A stretch of 64,000 nucleotides of DNA from Candidatus Zixiibacteriota bacterium (lineage in GTDB: Bacteria > Zixibacteria > MSB-5A5 > GN15 > FEB-12), in NCBI GenBank assembly GCA_017999435.1, contig JAGNLV010000001.1, positions 1,022,746-1,086,745 of the forward strand, in the 5' to 3' direction. Below, in pieces: positions 1-8,152 of this stretch (within the stretch, counting starts at the first letter, position 1; every line of letters begins with the position of its first letter). The notes under the pieces were generated by a model. The model saw only the letters and a program-made list of their open reading frames with translations. It was not told where the DNA came from and made no database searches. The translations under genes and the position numbers were made by a program.

Positions 1-255
1 ACGGCACCAGTCTTCGTCCTCGGGACAGAGGCTCCAACTCTCCACTATCTCCCATTGGCTGTAAGTGCCCCAGTGCATGAGCAGACCGAATTTCATGTCC
101 TGGAACCATTCCAGTTTCGCCCGCACCAGCGGGTCGGTTTCCGCTTCGGCCTCCCCACCCGCCTGCCCCCAACCAACCGAGCCGACCAGCCAGAAGAACG
201 CCGCACAGACGAGACCGATTGCCGTCCGCGTATGCACGCCGGGAATACAGCGCAT
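1..255 (-). CDS. alpha-L-fucosidase-like glycoside hydrolase (GH29-like), N-terminal part; gene runs off the left edge
   Basis: Own translation of the minus strand from ATG 253-255 (GGAGGA 7 nt upstream): MRCIPGVHTRTAIGLVCAAFFWLVG...KLEWFQDMKFGLLMHWGTYSQWEIVESWSLCPEDEDWC. Signal-like N-terminus followed by the FG-x3-HWG-x-YS block typical of GH29. Absent from the ORF track because it has no stop inside the window. Confidence 0.55.
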   Translation of the reverse strand, partial: MRCIPGVHTRTAIGLVCAAFFWLVGSVGWGQAGGEAEAETDPLVRAKLEWFQDMKFGLLMHWGTYSQWEIVESWSLCPEDEDWCR

Positions 256-918
256 CACCTTGTCCTCCGCATCGCCGCGGGACGTTGCCGGATCGGGCGG
301 GCCGAAGACCAACCGGCTCCCGCTCCGCCTGAATGCGACCGCGTCATTCCGCTTTCGCGCCTGACCGCGCGTGAAGAATCCATTGTCTACAGCATACTCT
401 GATCTCCACCCGTCTGGCAAGCGGCGATTTCGGCGGCCGTGCTATGGCATCCGCCGGCCGGGAGCCGCCGGCGCTCTCGCCGGCAGGGCAGGACAGGGGG
501 TCGCAGCGCGGTGTGACCTCGAAGCGACCATTCTCGAAGCGAAGGGAGCCCGATGGAGGTCGGCGGCGCCGGCCGGGCAGAAGATGACAGGGCAACGCAG
601 GCTTGCGGTTGGCGTTCCCCCGCGACTCACGCATGTGGACAGATCTCCATTCCAGCCGATCCGGCAGCGACGGCGCCGTTTGGCTCTTGACACCTGAGGA
701 GAGCGGGGGTTACTTGAGTGACCGTGATGGGTGAGCCGTTGGCCTGAGGGCTCTTATGCGGCGCCCGCTCGCAGATGTGCGCAGCGGCTGAAAGGTTCCT
801 GGTGTTCTCATTGGACACTTCAGCATCGCGGGCAGTCCCGGGCTGTCGCCCGCACCGGCTGCCGGAGAGGTTGCGAACGCACAAAGAAGCAGGACTTCAT
901 GGAAGTCAGGAGGTCAGT

Positions 919-1614
919 ATGTTGCGAAGGGGAACGCGGCTCGCCGCGCTCATCATCTTGACGGCCGCGGCCGCCGAGGCGAAGGTGGATGTCGAACTCC
1001 AGCCGTACGGGGGGCTGCGCACGGCAACCGCGCTGGGCGAGGGTTACTACGAAAACGACCTCGCCGACAGGCTCGACGTGGCGCCCGGCGTAAGCTTCGG
1101 TCTGACGTGTGACTTTCCGGTCGGCGGGATCGGCCCCACCGGGCAACAGGCGATGATCGAACTCAGTTTCAGCTACCAGAGGTCGGATCTCCGGTTCGAA
1201 CCGGCGTCGATGGACAAAGTCCCGGATGTGTATCTCGACCGCTTCGAGGTAAAGGATGACAAGCTCATCCTGGGGGACATCGAGGTGATGTATCTCCACG
1301 GCGGCGGCCTGTATCGGTTCGGCAACTACTCCGGTTGGCTGCCTTTCGCCAACTTCGGCGTCGGCGCAACATTTTTCGCCGCGCCCGACGGCGGAGCGGA
1401 CAGCCGGACGAAATTCTCGTTCTCGTTCGGCGCCGGGGCGGCGCGGATGTTCAGCGAGCGCCTCGGCGCGCGCCTGGGTTTCCGGGGTTACATGACCAGC
1501 CTGCCGGCCGAGGAGGCCTATTGGAGAGACCCGTGGGGCGGGGTGTGGTCAATCACCGACGACAACTGGCTCTTCCAGGGAGAGCTCTCGCTCGGACTTG
1601 TGGTCCGGTTCTAG
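919..1614 (+). CDS. outer-membrane beta-barrel protein (porin-like, unknown family)
   Basis: ATG at 919 preceded by AGGAGG (909-914). Signal peptide MLRRGTRLAALIILTAAAAEA. Alternating beta-strand pattern and C-terminal ...LSLGLVVRF ending in Phe. The upstream part of track ORF 775..1614 lacks an RBS. Confidence 0.7.
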   Translation: MLRRGTRLAALIILTAAAAEAKVDVELQPYGGLRTATALGEGYYENDLADRLDVAPGVSFGLTCDFPVGGIGPTGQQAMIELSFSYQRSDLRFEPASMDKVPDVYLDRFEVKDDKLILGDIEVMYLHGGGLYRFGNYSGWLPFANFGVGATFFAAPDGGADSRTKFSFSFGAGAARMFSERLGARLGFRGYMTSLPAEEAYWRDPWGGVWSITDDNWLFQGELSLGLVVRF

Positions 1615-1623
1615 TCCTGCGGT

Positions 1624-1656
1624 GAAAATTCCGGCAGCCCGACCGCGGGCTGCCGG
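1624..1656 (-). terminator. hairpin terminator between convergent genes
   Basis: CCGGCAGCCC (1631-1640) pairs perfectly with GGGCTGCCGG (1647-1656) around a 6-nt loop. On the minus strand it is followed by AATTTTC. It lies 74 nt after the stop of the 1730..4033 gene. Confidence 0.5.
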
Positions 1657-1729
1657 ATGTCGAAGCGTTGTTTTTCCCGGGGCGGGACATCCCGTCCGCC
1701 ACCCGTGGCGACATAACACATCGAAGCCT

Positions 1730-4033
1730 TCAGCGCCGCCTGCCCCCGGAACCGCTGCGCGGCCGGGCCGCTTCGCGGCTGCTCGTCGCAGCCTGCTTCC
1801 GCTGCCGGCCGTACTGATCCGCGCGTCGCGCGCCCTGCGACCGCGCGGCGCTATCCCGCTCGAGCTGGCCGAGGGTTGACGCCGCGGACGGTGTCCCGCT
1901 GCTCGCTTTGCCCGCCTGCGGCGCGACGGCGTCTCGGGAAGGACGGTCGGCCTCCCCTTTGGCCCGCTCGCCGGCGCGGGCCGGCTTCTCCGTATCCGTC
2001 CACCCCCCGTCGCTGTACTTGCTCCAGTTACCGTTCTCGTCGCGCTTGTACACGCTGCCGTCGTGGCCGGCATAGACGTCGTCACCCTTGGCGCCGATGA
2101 ACCCGCCTCCCTGCGGACCGCGCGTGTTCACGACCGTCGCCTCATCGGTTCGCGTGACCCGTTTCGTCTGCCCGGCGGCCGCGTCCGTGTATCGCGCGGT
2201 GTGGGCCCAGTTGTCGCCGCGCTGGACGTACGATTCGCCCCAACTGCCGTACGCGTTGGCGCCCTGCCGCGTGGCCGCGTACGCGCCGGTGCGCGGATTC
2301 CAGGCTGCGGCCGCTCCCGCCGCGCCGTACGGGCCGTAGGCCACCGCGCCGCGGACGCACGTTCCCGTCCGCGGATTGTACGCCACGCCATACCGGGCCC
2401 CGCCGTACGGCCCGTAGATCCGTGCCGAGGCGGCGTAGATGCCGGTCCAGGGGTTGTACCGCACGGCATATCCGTAGGTGACCCAGCGCGGGTAGTACAC
2501 CGGATAGGGATAGCCCCAGTACACGAACGGCGGGTAGTACCATCCCGTGCCGTAGACCGGCACCCCCCAGGCGATAATGACGCCGGTATAGCCGGAGGTG
2601 TAGGAAAAGGTGACGTAGACATCCGCCGGATCGTAGTGCTCGACGACGACGTAGGTCACGTGGTGGCACTCGGAACTGGGCGGGATCTCGTAAACGGCGG
2701 CCGGCACGTCACCCGTGACCTCCCACGGTCCGGTCGGCGTCCGCGACATGAACCAGACCCCCTGGAAACACATGTAGTACAGGTCGCCGACTCTGAGAAT
2801 GTCCTTGTCCGTATTTGTGGCCTGGCGGCAGGAGGTTCCCTCGATGGGCGTGAATTCGGGATCGCCCGCATAGACAACCTCGGGCGGCTTCAGTTCCGCC
2901 TTGTTCACCCGCGCGGTCTGCGGAATCCCGGCCAGCAGGACGGCCTCCGCCGCCTCATCCGTGCCCGGCACGCACGCCAGGACGTCGGAGCGCTCGTGCT
3001 CGCGCGGGATGTTCCTGAAGTCCTCCGGGAGATCGGGCGTCGCGAATGTCCACGGTCCGGTGAAATCAGGGGCCGAGAACCACCGGCCGGAGAGCAGGAG
3101 GTACACGGTTCCGTCTGTTCCCAGGCGGAACACATCGCTCTCGGTGTTGCGGACCCAGAACAGCCGCGTTCCGGCGACCGCCTCGTATTCCGGCTCGCCC
3201 TCCAGGAGCAGCAGCTCGGCGGGTACCGTCGATACAAACACCGCCGGCGCCTCGGCGGCCGGCAGCGCGCGTCCCGGGAGGTGCGCGGCGACTTCGTTCC
3301 AGTTCCCGTCGTCGGGCAATTTGTCAAAACTCCCCGGCAGCGTGCCGGCCGGCGACCACGGGCCGCCGGCGTCGGGCGCCTGCAGCCACGAGTCCTCCCA
3401 CCTCAGGTAGAACGTCTGGGTGGGAGCGTGTGCGAAGCAGTCCCAGTTGGTGTTGACCGCAAACTTCAGGTCATTGTCCTTGATAGGACTCCAGACGGGT
3501 GCGCCGTCGAAAATGACCAATACCGCCGGGCGGGTGCTGACATAGAGGGGCGGCGGCTCGGCCTTCACCCCGTCGAGGTTCCCCGGCCCGAGCTGGCTCT
3601 TGTCGATCGCCGCGAGCAGCCGATCCAGCGCGATCACCCTCGCCGTGTCGGCGTACGAGGCCATCAGTTCGGCGAGCAGCCCGCGCACCTGGTCTTTGGG
3701 GAGCCCGGGGAAGTTCGACTCGACGATCTGGAGGTTGGTCATGCGAACGAGCCGCTCCTCGAGCGAGACCTCGGTGGCCGCATGGATCTTGATCGTGCCC
3801 AGGCGGCGCTCGGTCGCCCCGGCCGGGAGGTAGGACACGGCGCAGAATGCGACGAGCCGCTCCTGATTCTCCCAGGCGGCGACCTGCGGGGCGAAGAGCG
3901 TCATTTCGCCGTCGCTTGCGGTAGTGAAGGTCCGGGGCCAGCCCCCGTCGACCGGCGGCGCATCCTGAGCCGCCAGCGGCCAGGCGAGGACGGCAAGCAG
4001 AAGCGCCGCACCCGCCAGTTTGCAGCTTCTCAC
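1730..4033 (-). CDS. large secreted repeat protein of unknown function (W-F-x-S-x4-GPW repeats, Tyr/Gly/Pro-rich C-terminal half, basic tail)
   Basis: GTG start at 4033 with GGAGGA 8 nt upstream gives MRSCKLAGAALLLAVLAWPLAAQ (signal peptide). Track ORF 1730..4417 extends further but would overlap the upstream gene. Repeated units: RWFSAPDFTGPWTF, VWFMSRTPTGPWEV, SWLQAPDAGGPWSP. Then YPYPVYYPRWVTYGYAVRYNPWTG...YGPYG repeats. Confidence 0.7.
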   Translation of the reverse strand: MRSCKLAGAALLLAVLAWPLAAQDAPPVDGGWPRTFTTASDGEMTLFAPQVAAWENQERLVAFCAVSYLPAGATERRLGTIKIHAATEVSLEERLVRMTNLQIVESNFPGLPKDQVRGLLAELMASYADTARVIALDRLLAAIDKSQLGPGNLDGVKAEPPPLYVSTRPAVLVIFDGAPVWSPIKDNDLKFAVNTNWDCFAHAPTQTFYLRWEDSWLQAPDAGGPWSPAGTLPGSFDKLPDDGNWNEVAAHLPGRALPAAEAPAVFVSTVPAELLLLEGEPEYEAVAGTRLFWVRNTESDVFRLGTDGTVYLLLSGRWFSAPDFTGPWTFATPDLPEDFRNIPREHERSDVLACVPGTDEAAEAVLLAGIPQTARVNKAELKPPEVVYAGDPEFTPIEGTSCRQATNTDKDILRVGDLYYMCFQGVWFMSRTPTGPWEVTGDVPAAVYEIPPSSECHHVTYVVVEHYDPADVYVTFSYTSGYTGVIIAWGVPVYGTGWYYPPFVYWGYPYPVYYPRWVTYGYAVRYNPWTGIYAASARIYGPYGGARYGVAYNPRTGTCVRGAVAYGPYGAAGAAAAWNPRTGAYAATRQGANAYGSWGESYVQRGDNWAHTARYTDAAAGQTKRVTRTDEATVVNTRGPQGGGFIGAKGDDVYAGHDGSVYKRDENGNWSKYSDGGWTDTEKPARAGERAKGEADRPSRDAVAPQAGKASSGTPSAASTLGQLERDSAARSQGARRADQYGRQRKQAATSSREAARPRSGSGGRRR

Positions 4034-4056
4034 AGTCAGTATTCCTCCTCTCGGCG

Positions 4057-4851
4057 CTAACTCCGGAAAGCCTCGCCGAGGAGCAGTTCCAGGCGCGTGG
4101 AAAAGACGACGATGCGGGACCAGCTCTCGGGGATGATCTCCTGGGAGTGGGCGATATTGTTGCGGAGCGTTTCCAGTTCGCCAATCGCGGTGAGCGCCGC
4201 CCGCCGGGATGGAATCCCTCCCTGGGCCAGGAGGTCCGTCACGCGCGGGATCCTCAGCAGCAGTTGCGCCCGATCGGAGAACTGGAGGCAATCCAGCAGA
4301 TCGGCGGTGCTCCGGCGGCGCTGTCTCTCCTGCCACAGTTGCTCGGCTTTGGCCAGCCGTCCGGGCGGGATGTGGGCGCGCCAGGAATCGCCGGGGAAAT
4401 ATGTCCGAATGCCCCACGTCATGATCATCTCGAAAATAGTGATCATCCCGAAGAGGAACATCCGGACCGGGGGCTTCTCGAGATCGGCCAGCGTGATGAC
4501 GGCGCCGACTTCACCCAGTACGCTGACGAAACAGGGGCCTCCCCCCCGCATCGCCAGTATCACTTTGCGAAGGGAATCGGCCTCGGAGAGGATACACTCG
4601 GGAGGGAACGGGCGAAGGTAAGCGCCCAGGCGGCCGCGGCCGAGTTCTCGCCTGTCGGCAAAACCGCACACGAAGCCGTCGCGGCGCACACCCGCGACCA
4701 TGAGATCCCTCTGCTCCAGGAAAGCCCGGACCGCCGCCGCCGAACGGTCGTCGTCGAACGACGCGAGCGGCTCGGCGATGTCCATCGCCGAGAACCCCTC
4801 GTCAAACAGGCGCCTCAGGCGCCTTTGATTGGCCGGGCTGTTCCAGGGCAT
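4057..4851 (-). CDS. CBS-like domain protein with C-terminal HEPN (Rx4H) domain
   Basis: ATG at 4851 (GGGGAG upstream) is preferred over 4875. The N-terminal half looks CBS-like (...MVAGVRRDGFVCGF...CFVSVLGEVGAVITLADL). The C-terminal helical region carries ETLRNNIAHSQ, i.e. R-N-N-I-A-H = Rx4H at 4147-4164, as in Swt1-like HEPN domains. Confidence 0.6.
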   Translation of the reverse strand: MPWNSPANQRRLRRLFDEGFSAMDIAEPLASFDDDRSAAAVRAFLEQRDLMVAGVRRDGFVCGFADRRELGRGRLGAYLRPFPPECILSEADSLRKVILAMRGGGPCFVSVLGEVGAVITLADLEKPPVRMFLFGMITIFEMIMTWGIRTYFPGDSWRAHIPPGRLAKAEQLWQERQRRRSTADLLDCLQFSDRAQLLLRIPRVTDLLAQGGIPSRRAALTAIGELETLRNNIAHSQEIIPESWSRIVVFSTRLELLLGEAFRS

Positions 4852-5190
4852 AGCACAGACTCCCCGGTGCGGCAACAGGGAACCGTCCGCCGGTGAGAGC
4901 GGATCCTGTCCTGCTGTTCGGTTTTGGACAATGAAGGGAACCTCATGTCAGGGCCGCCGCCGGCGATCTGCGGGCGGGCGGCGGCACGAGTCCGACTACC
5001 TGCCGTCAGAAGATACGATACTATGCGCCCTCCCGAATGTCAACAGCGGCGCGGCTCTTTCCGCACCCGCGGCCGCCGCTGCGCGCCGAAGGGCGGCCCG
5101 CCGGTTTGGGAAAGCGCTTGCGGGTGAACCGCCCGGTCGGTTTCTTCCTGAGATACGGAACCATGTGGCGAATCCCAAGGAGGTCTTGGT

Positions 5191-5814
5191 ATGAGGCAGC
5201 GCCATGCACTTGCGGCCATCCTGTCGGCGGCGCTTGTCGCCGGCTGTGCCGTCGGCCCGCGCGTCGTCGACACCTGGCGCGATCCGGCCTACACCGGCCC
5301 GGCGTTCAAGAAGATCGCGGTCGTCGGCATCACCGACCGGGAATCCTCCCGGCGCATTTTTGAAACCGCTTTCGCCGCCACCCTGCGCGAACAGGGGGTC
5401 GCGGCCGTCCCCAGCTACGACGTCTACCGCACGGACGAGAAGATGCCCCGCGAAGAAATCGAACGGCTCGTCAGGGAAAACGGGATCGACGCGATCATCA
5501 CGGCGCGCGTGGTCGACCGCACCCAGCGGATCGAGATCACGCCCGCGACCGCCCTGGCCGTCCCCTGGCCCGCGCACTACCGGGGCTACTACGGGTTCTA
5601 TGACTACGCCTGGGCTTTCTATCATGATCCCGGTTACGTCACGGCATCCGACGTCGTGAGCATCGAGACCAACGTCTACGAGACGTCCGGGTTCAACATC
5701 GTCTGGACCGGCACCAGCCGGACAACCAATCCGGCAAACCTCGAAGAGGAGTCGAAGGGTCTCGCCGGCGGCATCATCCGGGAATTGATCTCAAGCAAGC
5801 TCCTCGCGCCCTGA
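5191..5814 (+). CDS. lipoprotein, unknown function (DUF4136-like size and organisation)
   Basis: AAGGAGG 7 nt upstream of ATG 5191. Lipobox in MRQRHALAAILSAALVAGC. Confidence 0.7.
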   Translation: MRQRHALAAILSAALVAGCAVGPRVVDTWRDPAYTGPAFKKIAVVGITDRESSRRIFETAFAATLREQGVAAVPSYDVYRTDEKMPREEIERLVRENGIDAIITARVVDRTQRIEITPATALAVPWPAHYRGYYGFYDYAWAFYHDPGYVTASDVVSIETNVYETSGFNIVWTGTSRTTNPANLEEESKGLAGGIIRELISSKLLAP

Positions 5815-5937
5815 GGCCGCCGGTCGCCCGTTTGACGGGCGGAGGGAACACCGAATGACGACGGCGGCCGGAAAGCATCCTGGCCGCCGTCAAACCGTAT
5901 GCCTTATCTTGCGGCGCCTGTGGCCGGACTCACAACG

Positions 5938-7596
5938 TTAATTGCGTGCCGTTGAACTCTGCTGCAGTTGCAGCATGACCTGCTCGATGTTGAAGCTGGC
6001 CGATCTTTGCCGTGGTGGAAACTCCTTGAATGTCTGCAGAAACTGCGCCACCACACCCTGCATCGGCACGAAGGCCCAGAACTTGTCGGTCATCCACCGC
6101 GCGGCCATGGGCGACTCGCCAAAAAGGACATGGTCCTCGAACGGATCCATGCGCAGGTTTACAATCTTGGGAAAGGTCTGGGGCACCGGGTCGCCGGCCT
6201 GATACCAGTCACCAGGCAGAGCCAAGTGGGCCTTCCAGTCCCGCACCCGCACGGCGTTGAGGTTCCCGTTGTCGTCAAAGTAGAAGATCTCTTGCCGCTT
6301 GCTCGGCCCGGTGCCGGCCAGCATCTCCCGCTGATCGTAGCCGTCGAGGTGAACTTTGAACGTCTTGCCGTTGGCAGTGTGCCCCTTCAGGAGTTTGTCC
6401 TTGACGTCGGGCTCACCGGCAGCCGCCAGGAACGTCGGCGTCCAGTCTTCGTGCGACATGATACCGTTGATGACCGTGCCGGGTTTCACCACACCCGGCC
6501 AGCGGATAGCGCACGGCACGCGCATGCCGCCCTCCCACGTACTGCCCTTCTCTCCCCGGAACGGCGTGGCCCCGCCATCCGGCCAGGTGGCCTTTTCAGC
6601 GCCGTTGTCGGTCGTGAAGACCACGATTGTGTTGTCGGCGATGCCGAGGTCGTCGAGCTTCTTCAACAGGGCGCCTACAACGTCGTCGAGTTCCTGCATG
6701 CCGTCGGCAAACAAGCCATATCCCGTCTTGTCCTGGTATTTGGGGGATAGTCGGGTCCAGACATGCATTCTGGTCGAGTTATGCCAGATGAAAAACGGTT
6801 TGTTGGCTTTGACGGCGCGGTCCATGAAGTCTAGTGACGCATTGAGGAACTCGTTCTCCGCGGTCTCCATACGCTTGCGAGTAATCGGGCCGGTGTCCTT
6901 GATCGTCTGTTTGCCGACCCGGCCAAAGCGTGGGTCCACGGTCGAATCGTCGACCTCCGTGGCCTTGCACAGCAACGCCCCGCGCGGGCCGAACTGCTGG
7001 ATGAACTCCGGCATCTTGGGATACTGCGGGTCTTCCGGCTCCTCCTCCGCATTAAGGTGATAGAGGTTGCCGAAAAACTCGTCGAATCCGTGCACCGTCG
7101 GCAGGAACTTGTTGCGGTCGCCGAGGTGGTTCTTGCCGAATTGGCCGGTGACGTAGCCTTCGTTTTTGAGCAGATCGGCGATCGTGGGATCCTCAGGTTG
7201 CAGTCCGAGCTCCGCACCCGGCATACCGACCTTCAGCAATCCGACGCGGAAGGGGTGTTGGCCGGTGATGAACGCGGCCCTGCCGGCGGTGCTGCTCTGC
7301 TGGCCATAGTAGTCCGTGAAGATCGCCCCTTCTTTTGCGAGCCGGTCGATATTCGGCGTGCGGCTGCCCATCATGCCCATATTGTAGGCGCTGATGTTAG
7401 ACCAGCCGATGTCGTCGCCGAAGATGACGAGAATGTTGGGCTTCTGGCCCTGTGCGGGCGCGGTCTGGGCCTGTGCCGGCATGGTGCCGGTTGCGAACGC
7501 CACCCCGCCCGCGATACCCAGCATGGCCACAGTTCGCCCGCAGCTGTTGAATTCGCCGGTAACCGTCTTCTCCGGGGGTCTGTGCGGTGTTCCCAT
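5938..7596 (-). CDS. arylsulfatase-family sulfatase, Ser-type formylglycine motif
   Basis: ATG 7596 with AGGAGG upstream. Signal peptide ...AMLGIAGGVAFATGTMPAQA. Sulfatase N-terminal block NILVIFGDDIGW...TPNIDRLAKEGAIFTDYYGQQS-STAGRAAFITG, where S-T-A-G-R fits the (C/S)-x-(P/A)-x-R consensus. Confidence 0.9.
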   Translation of the reverse strand: MGTPHRPPEKTVTGEFNSCGRTVAMLGIAGGVAFATGTMPAQAQTAPAQGQKPNILVIFGDDIGWSNISAYNMGMMGSRTPNIDRLAKEGAIFTDYYGQQSSTAGRAAFITGQHPFRVGLLKVGMPGAELGLQPEDPTIADLLKNEGYVTGQFGKNHLGDRNKFLPTVHGFDEFFGNLYHLNAEEEPEDPQYPKMPEFIQQFGPRGALLCKATEVDDSTVDPRFGRVGKQTIKDTGPITRKRMETAENEFLNASLDFMDRAVKANKPFFIWHNSTRMHVWTRLSPKYQDKTGYGLFADGMQELDDVVGALLKKLDDLGIADNTIVVFTTDNGAEKATWPDGGATPFRGEKGSTWEGGMRVPCAIRWPGVVKPGTVINGIMSHEDWTPTFLAAAGEPDVKDKLLKGHTANGKTFKVHLDGYDQREMLAGTGPSKRQEIFYFDDNGNLNAVRVRDWKAHLALPGDWYQAGDPVPQTFPKIVNLRMDPFEDHVLFGESPMAARWMTDKFWAFVPMQGVVAQFLQTFKEFPPRQRSASFNIEQVMLQLQQSSTARN

Positions 7597-7668
7597 TGTT
7601 ACCTCCTGCGAACCGGGCCTGATGGCCGCGGCTTTTCCTTGTTTGCTGTTGCGTCGCTCTGTCATTGC

Positions 7669-8145
7669 TCAACACATTGTCTCCATGCACATTCCTTTCC
7701 TATCTGCGGACCGATCGAGCCGACCGGATCGCTCCTTGACGCGCCGGCTGGTGGGCTTGAACCGGAGAACGCGCTTCCGGCCGTCCTTCATACTGACAAT
7801 CGTCCAGCCGTTGTGTTCCGCCTGAGTCCGGAGCTCATCGCTGAACATGCTGACCTCCGATTCAGTCCTGTAACGGCACTCGCGCGCGGCATCGTCGTGA
7901 TGCGCCAGCAGCATCAACCGCGAACCTCCGCGGGCCTGCGTCCACTCCAGCATCTACCGATCACCCTCCGACTTGCTGACGAAAGCGGCGGTGGCCTGTA
8001 TGGCGGGACCTTCGTTCCGCGAAGGAAGTGGGTCGTCGCCGCTCAAGTCTGTTGCGGCAGGGGCGAGGAAACCGGTCGCGAGCGTACCTGCGACCGATTC
8101 GCCGTTCAATCTAATGGCCGCTATCATTCCGATACAGGCACTTCC
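7669..8145 (-). pseudogene. remnant (C-terminal ~40%) of a HAD-superfamily hydrolase gene with an in-frame TAG
   Basis: Own translation: ...GPAIQATAAFVSKSEGDR*MLEWTQARGGSRLMLLAHHDDAARECRYRTESE...AEHNGWTIVSMKDGRKRV. It resembles the C-terminal AFGNSDGD-x-x-ML-x-WT...HHTDAERE...GW-x-V-SMK-x-DWK pattern of a HAD hydrolase subfamily (recalled from memory). TAG at 7954-7956. No room for the N-terminal half before the maturase stop at 8153. Confidence 0.45.
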
Positions 8146-8152
8146 TTACGTC

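Noticed and set aside
55-402. Track ORFs 55..402 + and 65..364 + at the left edge.
   Set aside because: The opposite strand encodes a convincing signal peptide plus a GH29-like HWGxYS block with a GGAGGA RBS. The plus-strand products are featureless.
2063-4060. Long antisense ORFs opposite real genes. Examples: 2063..4060 +, 10604..12565 +, 12052..14802 +, 15364..16587 +, 20329..22428 -, 33538..35178 -, 39448..41367 -, 41870..44266 -, 51829..53946 +, 54238..57435 -, 57954..60422 +, 60194..61621 +, 60723..62315 -, 62299..63777 -.
   Set aside because: Their products are Arg/Gly/Pro/Asp-rich low-complexity sequences with no domain features. Each lies opposite a gene with clear family signatures. 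This is the expected shadow-ORF artefact of GC-rich DNA.
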